A DNA stretch of 62,667 nucleotides, taken from Clostridia bacterium (GTDB lineage: Bacteria; Bacillota; Clostridia; Christensenellales; Aristaeellaceae). Below the pieces are notes generated by a model. That model saw only the letters and a program-made list of their open reading frames with translations, had not been told where the DNA came from and searched no databases. A program made the position numbers and the translations under genes. Shown here in pieces: positions 25,817 through 34,006 of this stretch. Numbering within the stretch: position 1 is the first letter of the stretch; each line of letters begins with the position of its first letter. The stretch covers positions 1 to 62,667 of the forward strand of contig JAZTZK010000354.1 of NCBI GenBank assembly GCA_045637485.1. The letters run 5' to 3'.

Positions 25817-27039
25817 AGAGGCAGTTTTCTACCCTGCTTCTTCCATTCCAGGAACTCAGCGGTAGCTGTGAAGATCACGTCGCCGGAAGAATTCAACGCC
25901 GTTTCCAGGGAATCCTGGATCACGCTGATGATGAAGCCAACGCCCACCAGCTGCATGGCGGTGTCATTCGATATGCCGAACAGAGAGCAGCCCAGGGGCA
26001 CCAGCATCAGCGATCCGCCCGCCACGCCGGAGGTACCGCAGGCCGAGAACGTTGCCACGATACTCAGGAAAATCGCCATCGGTAATGTAACATGAACGCC
26101 CGTGGTAAACGCAGCCGCCAGGGAGAAGATGGTAATGGTCACCGCCGCGCCGTCCATATTGATGGTGGAGCCCAGAGGAATCGACACCGAATACAGATTC
26201 TCATCCAGGCCCAGCTCCTTGCACAACTCCATGTTCACAGGGATATTGGCCGCGGAGCTTCGGGTGAAGAAGGCGGTGACGCCGCTCTGCCTGAGGCAGC
26301 GCAACACCAGCGGATAGGGGTTGTGTCGAAGCACCAGTCCCACGATCACCGGATTTACCACCAGCGCTACAAAAAGCATCGTGCCCACCAGCAGGCCGAT
26401 CAGCTGGCCGTAGGTTTTGAATATCTCCGCTCCACTGGACGATACGGCGCTGAATATCAAACCCAGTATGCCGAAGGGCGCGCAGGCGATAACCCAACGC
26501 ACCACCGCGGATACTGCGTCGGCCAGGTCTTCCATCATTTGCTTGGTACCCGGCTTAGCCAGCTTCAACGCAATCCCGAACACCACAGCCCAGAACAGTA
26601 TACCGATGTAATTGGCACTGGCAAGCGCTTCCACAGGATTGGCAATGATGCTCCCCAACAGGTTTATCACCACTTCGGACATCCCCTGTGGTGCGGCGGA
26701 GGCGTCCGCGGCCTCCAGGCGCTTCAGTGGAATAATCACCGGAAAGGCGAAGCTGGTAACCACAGACACGATCGCCGCACATAGAGTGCTGAAAAGGTAC
26801 AGGATGATGACTGTACGGAACTTGGCCATGCTGCCACCCTTGGAGTTGGCCAGGGATGACGCGACGAGCACAAATACCAGGATAGGAGCAATGGCTTTCA
26901 ACGCGCCGACGAACAAATCGCCAATCACACCGATCCACTTGAGCCCCGGCGCAACAAAACCCAACACCGCGCCGATGATCAATCCAATCAGGATTCGCGC
27001 AATCAGGCTCATGGAATTCCATTTCTTGATGATACCCAT
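25813..27039 (-). CDS. sstT: serine/threonine:sodium symporter SstT (DAACS family)
   Basis: MSLIARILIGLIIGAVLGFV.. and conserved blocks such as ..SSAANIPVNM.. and ..PLGSTINMDGAAV... I chose the ATG at 27039 (GGGGTG RBS). The stop codon is supplied by the last repeat unit. Confidence 0.85.
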   Translation of the reverse strand: MGIIKKWNSMSLIARILIGLIIGAVLGFVAPGLKWIGVIGDLFVGALKAIAPILVFVLVASSLANSKGGSMAKFRTVIILYLFSTLCAAIVSVVTSFAFPVIIPLKRLEAADASAAPQGMSEVVINLLGSIIANPVEALASANYIGILFWAVVFGIALKLAKPGTKQMMEDLADAVSAVVRWVIACAPFGILGLIFSAVSSSGAEIFKTYGQLIGLLVGTMLFVALVVNPVIVGLVLRHNPYPLVLRCLRQSGVTAFFTRSSAANIPVNMELCKELGLDENLYSVSIPLGSTINMDGAAVTITIFSLAAAFTTGVHVTLPMAIFLSIVATFSACGTSGVAGGSLMLVPLGCSLFGISNDTAMQLVGVGFIISVIQDSLETALNSSGDVIFTATAEFLEWKKQGRKLPL

Positions 27040-27242
27040 AATCCACACCCCACATGCTTGTTTTATGAAATTATACCATCTTTATAGTCATTTGACAAGG
27101 AATATATGGACTCACAATCAACGTCGGCCGGATGCGTCAGCCCAATATCTTCATTCTCCCGGCAAGCAAGCGTCATGCCGCCTTATGCATGCTCAATATG
27201 ATCATCCCTTCATCCCTCCCAAAGCAATACCAGTGGAAAAAG

Positions 27243-28217
27243 CTATTCTGCGCTCACTCTCCATGTTTGATATTGAGATTTGTTTAACATACTTTGAAGT
27301 TGCTCTTCGTCCTCGCCAAGCCTGACCCTTCTGAACATCACCAACACGCGGTTGTCATTCAGACAGGTCGAAAGTGTCAATATTGCGTCACCCGGTTCAA
27401 CGATTACGGGAATATTGTACAGCGACCTGGCCTTCGCCCGATGGATATAATCATTGAATGCATCCACGGTATAAAAAGTCGCAATCCCCGTATACGGAAA
27501 ATATTGCTTTGATTCCATATCCTCCGGGGTGGACATAACGGCAAACACAATATAGCGTTCATTGCGAAACAGTGTGTTAAAGCTGATTATGCCATGTTTG
27601 TGTATGTAGCGCAGGTTTCGATAATGGATCAGTAATCCGAACATGCTGCCGTCGACCATATCGTGTCCGTGTATGACAAGGTGCTGTGTTTCAGCTTTGA
27701 AGGGATGTGTTTCATCCAAAAAGAGCGTGCCTGCCCTGTTCTTCTTGCCATTGAAATCGTGGTCGAGATAGTAACTGTTATTGCGATACACTACCGGCAG
27801 TCCAAGCACACCATCAATGTCCAGCCATCCAACCAGGTCAGTATTGCGCGCATATAGCTTTCGCAAGGGCATCTGAATCTCTTGCCCGATCAACTGATAA
27901 GTATCCAGAATTCTCTGTTCGGATTGGGTTTGAATGTCATCCCATAATAAATCTCTATCCGCTTCGTATGTAGCTGCAAAAGCCGGTGGCGCATTGGTTT
28001 TTGCGGCTTCAACCGCCTCCACATCATCAAGTGGCAGGGACTGTTGTTCATAGTCCCTGCCCAGGCTGTCATTGGTCATGCGCGTTTTCAGCGCGTTCCC
28101 GCAAAACATGAGCATCCTGAAGCCGCCATAGATGACGAGCATCGCACAAGCAATCATCAGCGCCCTTTGAATCTGTCTCCTGCGGGCTGCGATTCGCCTC
28201 TTCCCGGTCATATTCAT
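27243..28217 (-). CDS. srtB: class B sortase
   Basis: An N-terminal TM segment, then NTDLVGWLDIDGVLGLPVV..NNSYYLDHDF.., HLVIHGHDMVDGSMFG and the catalytic-Cys block LTLSTC. Confidence 0.8.
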   Translation of the reverse strand: MNMTGKRRIAARRRQIQRALMIACAMLVIYGGFRMLMFCGNALKTRMTNDSLGRDYEQQSLPLDDVEAVEAAKTNAPPAFAATYEADRDLLWDDIQTQSEQRILDTYQLIGQEIQMPLRKLYARNTDLVGWLDIDGVLGLPVVYRNNSYYLDHDFNGKKNRAGTLFLDETHPFKAETQHLVIHGHDMVDGSMFGLLIHYRNLRYIHKHGIISFNTLFRNERYIVFAVMSTPEDMESKQYFPYTGIATFYTVDAFNDYIHRAKARSLYNIPVIVEPGDAILTLSTCLNDNRVLVMFRRVRLGEDEEQLQSMLNKSQYQTWRVSAE

Positions 28218-28220
28218 CTT

Positions 28221-31169
28221 CTACCTGGTCAGGAAACTTTTGCGCCCATACAGAATACCGGCCATGCCCACAGCCAGCATCAGCAACCAAAGCATCGGTT
28301 TGGAGGTATCCCCTGTTTCGGGAATATCCGAAGGCGCATTTACATGAAGGACGGCAATTGTGCTCTCTGCCACATTTCCCTTTGAATCCCGTATGACGCA
28401 CTTATACTGATACCCATCATTTGAAAGATCGACGACGGATGTCAAATATTCCGCGCCGGTTGCGCCGTCGACAGCCACCCATCCCTTACCATCATTGCGG
28501 TTAATTAACCACTGATAGCTCAGGCCATCGCCCGTCGCGACAACCGCAAATTTCGCACGTTGTCCCTCGACGACGTATTGATCCTCGGGCTGGGTTTCGA
28601 TGCTGATCGGAGCCCCGGAGAACACTGCCGTAACCTGGATATGATTCGGTGGCACGGTCAGAATGGCGTTCGGGTCTTTGACATCGGAGATGATCGCCTG
28701 GACAGAGGTGGTTTCCCACCGCAGGAAGCGCGCGCCCTCGTCCGGAATGGCCGACAGGGCCACCTGCGTACCCGCCGCACATTTGATGTCGATATTCTTG
28801 ACGGCTCCGTTTCCGGAAGAGGAGAATTTCACATCGTACAGGGGGACTTCTTTAAATTTTGCCGTCACCGAGCTGTCTTTATTCACCGCAAATCTGTACT
28901 CTGGTTCGGTCCAGACGCACTTCCCGTCCACATACCAGCCCTCAAAACTGCCCCCGACGACGGGTTTTGCTGTGAGCTTCGCGAAGCTGCCATCCACGAA
29001 CCTGCCTCCGCCATAGGCGATGCCACACAGATTGTTACACCTGATGTTGACATCGTAATACCTGACGTTATCACCGCTGGACCGGCTGTGTATGGGAACT
29101 TCGCCATCCGGGCCTGTCAGCGTGTATCTGACAGAGGTGCCCTGATGTCCCGCCTCGCCATACATGTCTTCAGGAATCTCAGGGATGTCACCCACATATT
29201 CATCGCCCGCGGCAATGTCCATGTCATAGTAATTCTGCGTCAGGATGGGCTTGCCACTGGAGAGATGATATTCGCTGACGTGATAGTTCAGCTTTCCATC
29301 AACCGTCGCACGCATTTTGACGTTGTAATGCCGATCACCGGGGACTTGAATGATCTTTTCATCGTTTTCATTGATCGCGCAGAACACGGCGGCGTCAATG
29401 GTGACGGGTTTTTCAGACCGGATTCTCGCCACACTATGTCCTTTATCCACTTCGACGACTTCCACATCGACGGGGCAGTTGATGCGAATAACGCGTACGA
29501 TCTGCGGCATTTCACTAAAATCAGCATTGCGTCGGGCCATGACGCGCACCCATGCCAGCGTCATTTCCGCGTAATGGGCCTGGAGGAAGTTATATTCCCA
29601 CAACAGGTTGTCCAAAAACTGTATAAAACGAATATTCTGCGAGGCAATGGTTCGCGTCATGGCCACAAATACCTTACCCAGGCCCTCTATGAGCTTCACA
29701 ATATCTGAAATCTTCGATGCCATTCCCGAGGATTCCAATGCGTTTATGAATATCTGGGCGAACCGTTCACCAGACAGCTCCACCCGTTCCTCGAATGACA
29801 TCGTGCTGATCGAGAAGAAGGGAGCGATGATGTCTATTACACCCGCAAAGTCGTCGGCCATGAGCTTATCGCTCAGATCGGCCAGGAGTATACGGTAATC
29901 ATCGGTCTCCTTTCCGCCCATCAAATCCGCAAGCAGCGAAACCAGCGTGTCCTCCGCCACTCCCACGTAATTCGTCCTCAAATCAAAGCCGGTCGAAGCG
30001 ATATCATTGACAAAGGAATTCATGAGGATAGCATTGCTGAGGGATTTATCGTCCACCATCTCGATATCGATAAATGTACCGCCATCGAAAATGAAAAAGG
30101 GATCCACATCAATGCTCACGGTCCGCGCGTAATCCGGTACGTGATTGACGGTGTTTTCCTGATTGGTGATGACGGGAACGCCGCTGTTGTCGATGATGTT
30201 TTTGTATTCCGCCTCCATCTCCTTGAGCGCTGACGGATAATCCCCCGAGCTGATGTTAAACAGGTAGTGATCTTCTCCAAAGCGCGCGAAGTCCCAATAG
30301 GACATGGCCACCAGCGGCACCAGGTCGTTGACATTGAGGATATTGTGGATATTGCTGGCGCCTGGATGGCTGTCGCGCTCCTCTCTGGCGATTGACAGCA
30401 TGGTGCCCTGGGGCGCTTCAAATGTATAACAATACAGATCCTGTGGGCTGACCTTTGCGCCGTTGCCCAAATCATGTCCCATATTGAGGGCGCCGGCCGT
30501 GATGTTCGCCACTGCGCCACCACGGCTGTAGCCCACCAGCCAGAGCTTGATCGGGCCCGAAATATCATAGTCCCTGATGTACTGCGACAGAAATTCCAGC
30601 GCCTCGTCGCGGGCGATGGAAAAGCCGAGGTGTTCGCCTGAGCCGCCGAGCTGGAAATTGCTGCCCCATTCCCTCCTATAGCCGCCGCCGCGTATCAGCA
30701 GGGCGATCAGGGTCTGACCCTCAATCTCCTTTTTCGCGGCGACGGCGCCGATTGAGTTGATGGAAGGTGCCTGGCTCCAGAATTCGTTTTGCTCAAAGTC
30801 CATAAAGCCAATGCCATCCTCGCCCGTCAACAGTGTGCGGGCGTTTTTTGTTTTATTGGCTCACTCGCTTTCTTCGTTGCTCGGCCATGTTGACAGTTCG
30901 AGGCACAGGGACATTTCCGCCAACTCCCAGCTGAACTGTGTGGCAGGCTTCTTGAAGAAATCGTCGGAATATTTATAGATCGCGGAAGCATCCAGTTCCC
31001 CGTTAAATGAGCCTGGGAATTTGAAGGCGTCAATCTTTGAAATCCCCCCCTCGGCCTGAACGGGAAACGCCGGTATTGGACCCGACAGCATAATGCCGGC
31101 CATGATGATGCCGACCATGATGAAGCTCAACCACCGCGTGAAAGCCGTCTTCACTTCATATTCCTCCAT
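28221..31169 (-). pseudogene. cell-wall-anchored lipase/alpha-beta-hydrolase-like surface protein interrupted by one in-frame TGA
   Basis: The two track ORFs (30861..31208 and 28221..30830) are in the same frame. They are separated only by the TGA at 30861-30863 and ten sense codons. The upstream piece has the signal peptide (..WLSFIMVGIIMAGIMLSGPIPAFPVQAEG). The downstream piece has the GYSRGG nucleophile elbow, an InlB-B-repeat-like segment (FEGWYVDGK), an Ig-like domain and a C-terminal sorting signal (IPETGD, then a hydrophobic stretch, then RKSFLTR). Confidence 0.75.
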
Positions 31170-31498
31170 CTTTTGTTGTGCATTGATACTATGAAAAGCA
31201 GCTTCCACAGCCCTTTGAAGGTATATACGTCGCCGGACTGACTGGTGAGATCGACTTCGCAGAGCTTGTTCTTGTAGTCATAGTCCGACGCCATCTTTGC
31301 AGCAGCTCGTCCAGCTTTTCCAGCTGGTAATAGCGAAGCAATGCGGCGTTTAGTAGCATCCTTTCATCGTTCCTCCATGCGAAAAAAGGTCTATGTAACT
31401 GTGACTCCATATCCTCAAAATCAAATCATATAATACTATAGTTTTGGTATTGATTCCATTTCTCAAATATAACAAATCCATTATAATTTGAACATATT

Positions 31499-31648
31499 AG
31501 CGACACGAAGTTAGTCCTTTAGGGCGACACGTAGTTAGTCCTTTAGGGCGACACGAAGTTAGTCCTTTAGGGCGACACGAAGTTAGTCCTTTAGGACGGC
31601 CTCCAGGCCGCCAAAGCAGGTGCAAATACATCAGGACTGAACAGATAC
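31499..31648. repeat. right-end half-copy (F) of the second repeat family: 4 x 24-bp units + hairpin module + TIR
   Basis: Units are at 31499-31522, 31523-31546, 31547-31570 and 31571-31594. Then GACGGCCTCCAGGCCGCCAAAGCAGGTGCAAATACATCAG, then GACTGAACAGATAC (31635-31648), the exact reverse complement of 25711-25724. Confidence 0.75.
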
Positions 31649-31658
31649 AAATGATATT

Positions 31659-32576
31659 CTATTTATATGGTATATCCAGCATATCCAACAAACGTTTGAA
31701 CGTATTCTGTCCATCCAGACAGGTGTCCGTCAGCCATCCCCTTTCCGTTTTCCACTCAGAAAGTCCACGGTAATAGAAGTGCTTTTTTGTATCTTCGATA
31801 ATGAAGGGAATAATGCCATGGCGTAGGCATTCCTTCAATGATACCAGCCTCCCGACCCTGCCGTTTCCGTCCTGGAACGGATGAATGTATTCGAATTCCG
31901 CGTGAAGCGCAATCACATCATTGATCATAACTGTGCCAATGGCGTTATAATCTGCCAGAAGCTTTTTCATTCGCAGTGGTACATCCTTCGGTTTCGCCGT
32001 TTCCCGTCCACCGACCACATTTGCCCTGCGCTTATAATCACCAACGGCAAACCAGTTCAGTGTCGAATCTCGCGTATCGTGCTTGAGGATAAAATGCAGG
32101 TGTTTGATAATCTCCTCTGTCAGTTCCTCTTCCGCAACGTCAATGATGTAATCGATCGCGCGAAAGTGATGAACGGTTTCCAGAATATCATCAACCGGCA
32201 TGCCGTCGCTCACATCAAGGGTATTCGTTTCGAATACCATTCTCGTCTGATCCTCGGTAAGTCTGCTCCCCTCGATGCGATTGGAGTTGTAGGTCATCCT
32301 CACCTGTAATTCATGATAGAGGCCGCCTGTTATCCGCGCTTCCTTTTCATCGCGCAGTATCCGGAGAATCGGGTTATCAGACTTCTCTCTGCACAAGGAA
32401 CCGACCGCACAGCCAAGGTAATCGGCAATCCTTTGAAGCGTCCGTTGAGACAGCTTCTCACCCTTTGAGATCTTTGCAACGGTCCTGGATGAAATGCCAA
32501 CCTCCGTCGTCAGATCCGTCTTCGTAATACCTTTCTTTTGAAGCTGTTCGTGTAAGCCTTCATATGAGATCATCAT
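31659..32576 (-). CDS. Fic-family AMPylase-type protein with N-terminal XRE-type HTH (class II, intramolecular inhibitory motif)
   Basis: HTH: ITKTDLTTEVGISSRTVAKISKGEK. Inhibitory motif SNRIEG ([ST]xxxE[GN]). Fic core HPFQDGNGRVGRL. I chose the ATG at 32576 (GGAGGTG RBS). Confidence 0.85.
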   Translation of the reverse strand: MMISYEGLHEQLQKKGITKTDLTTEVGISSRTVAKISKGEKLSQRTLQRIADYLGCAVGSLCREKSDNPILRILRDEKEARITGGLYHELQVRMTYNSNRIEGSRLTEDQTRMVFETNTLDVSDGMPVDDILETVHHFRAIDYIIDVAEEELTEEIIKHLHFILKHDTRDSTLNWFAVGDYKRRANVVGGRETAKPKDVPLRMKKLLADYNAIGTVMINDVIALHAEFEYIHPFQDGNGRVGRLVSLKECLRHGIIPFIIEDTKKHFYYRGLSEWKTERGWLTDTCLDGQNTFKRLLDMLDIPYK

Positions 32577-32659
32577 GTCCACCTCCGTCACCTAATGCGC
32601 AGAATGCGTCCCGCTGCGTGGACTGCGCCCTGCCGTGCCCGTCTGGCATGGCAGTTCCT

Positions 32660-34006
32660 TTACGCCTTCGATACGTCGGCGCTGCGCGGATATCTCCATT
32701 TCAGCATCGCCGCGCAAAGGATCGCCGTGATCAGCGACGCCAGCGGCGTGGCATACCAGATGGCGTTCGCGCCGAAGAGCGCCGGCACCAGGTAGACCAT
32801 CGCCACCGGGGCCGCCAGTGATTCGCATACGGCGATCAGCGCGGAGGCCAGGCCGTCACCCAGTCCGGTAAATACGGACGAGACGACCAGATTAAAGCCG
32901 TAGAACAGGCAAGCCAGCGACGAGATGCGAAGCGCCTGCATTGCCAGACCGCGGGCAGCGTCGTCATAGCCCAGGTAGACGCTGGCGATGGGGCCGGCGA
33001 AGGCCGCGCACAGCAGGCACATCACCACGCCCAGCCCCACCGACAGGAGGCTGCCTGTGCGCGCCAGGCTGTCCAGCTCCTTCCTGTTCTTCGCGCCGTA
33101 CTGGTATCCGACCACCGTGACCATTGTGCTGGAGATGCCGAAAAACACGGCCATGAACAGCTCGATCACATAGTTGTACACGCCCATCGCCGCCACGCCG
33201 ATCTCCCCGATGTAGCGGGTCAGCTGGCTGTTGATCACCAGCTGGGTCAAATTCGCGGTGAGGCCGTCAACCATTTCGGAGAATCCGTTGCCGCAGATCC
33301 GGCCCAGCTCACGCAGGTGGGCCATGTTTACCCGGACCAGTCGCAGAGACGAGGCGTTGGGCCGGAGGAAGTACACGGCGGTGAACCCGGCGGTGATCAG
33401 CGCCGACAGGGACGTGGCCAGCGCCGCGCCCCGAACGCCCCAGCCCAGCGGGCCCATGAACAGCCAGTCCAGCAGCACGTTCAGCGCCCCGTTCACCACG
33501 GACACCCACATGCCCAGTACGGGCTTTTCCGCGGTGATCCACAGCGACTGGAACGCCGCGTTGACCAGATAGGCGGGTAAAAACGCCGTCAACAGCCGCC
33601 CATAGTCGACGCAATAGGGGATGGCGGCCTCCGTGGCACCCACCAGCCGCGCCAGGGCGGGCATCAGCGCCGTCGCCAATCCGCCCAGCACGATCCCCAG
33701 CAGCATCATGACCACCATCGACAGGGTGAACACCTCCCGGCCCTTCTGGCGCTCACCCTCGCCCATCAGCTGGGCCACGAGAGCGCTGGTGCCGGAGCCG
33801 AACATGAAGCCCAGACCGTAGAGCACGAGAAACGCCGGGGAGATGAAGTTGACCGCCGCGAAGGGGGTCACCCCAAGGTAGTTGGACACGAACACCCCAT
33901 CCACCAGCTGGAACGAGGTGATCGCCAGCATCTGGCCGATGGCGGGCAGGGAATAGCGCAAAAGCTTTCCCCAGGTAAAGTGTTCCGAAAGCTCGATCTT
34001 CTTCAT
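32660..34006 (-). CDS. MATE-family efflux transporter (translationally coupled to the NRPS gene)
   Basis: 448 aa with about 12 TM segments. Its start overlaps the NRPS stop by 4 nt (ATGA). Confidence 0.85.
   Translation of the reverse strand: MKKIELSEHFTWGKLLRYSLPAIGQMLAITSFQLVDGVFVSNYLGVTPFAAVNFISPAFLVLYGLGFMFGSGTSALVAQLMGEGERQKGREVFTLSMVVMMLLGIVLGGLATALMPALARLVGATEAAIPYCVDYGRLLTAFLPAYLVNAAFQSLWITAEKPVLGMWVSVVNGALNVLLDWLFMGPLGWGVRGAALATSLSALITAGFTAVYFLRPNASSLRLVRVNMAHLRELGRICGNGFSEMVDGLTANLTQLVINSQLTRYIGEIGVAAMGVYNYVIELFMAVFFGISSTMVTVVGYQYGAKNRKELDSLARTGSLLSVGLGVVMCLLCAAFAGPIASVYLGYDDAARGLAMQALRISSLACLFYGFNLVVSSVFTGLGDGLASALIAVCESLAAPVAMVYLVPALFGANAIWYATPLASLITAILCAAMLKWRYPRSADVSKA

Noticed and set aside
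30861-30863. The in-frame TGA codons (here and at 12324-12326) considered as selenocysteine or a reassigned sense codon.
   Set aside because: Many well-supported genes in the window terminate with TGA (for example 1687-1689, 19640-19642, 62280-62282), so TGA is a stop in this genome. No selA, selB or selC is present. The lipase site is in a linker, not a redox centre, and the NADAR site corresponds to a conserved Trp, fitting a simple TGG to TGA mutation. The hairpin downstream of 30861 is noted but is not convincing as a SECIS.
31209-31498. A 73-aa minus-strand ORF (31189..31410) and an alternative-frame peptide (MASDYDYKNKLCEVDLTSQSGDVYTFKGLWK..) between the surface-protein gene and repeat F.
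   Set aside because: It has no RBS or recognisable motif, its frames are mutually inconsistent, and it overlaps the surface-protein start. This is probably promoter and leader sequence or a degraded gene remnant.
25769-31594. The 24-bp repeat arrays considered as a possible CRISPR array.
   Set aside because: The units are strictly head-to-tail with no spacers. The unit is shorter than typical CRISPR repeats, no cas genes are present, and the unit also occurs inside a MITE.
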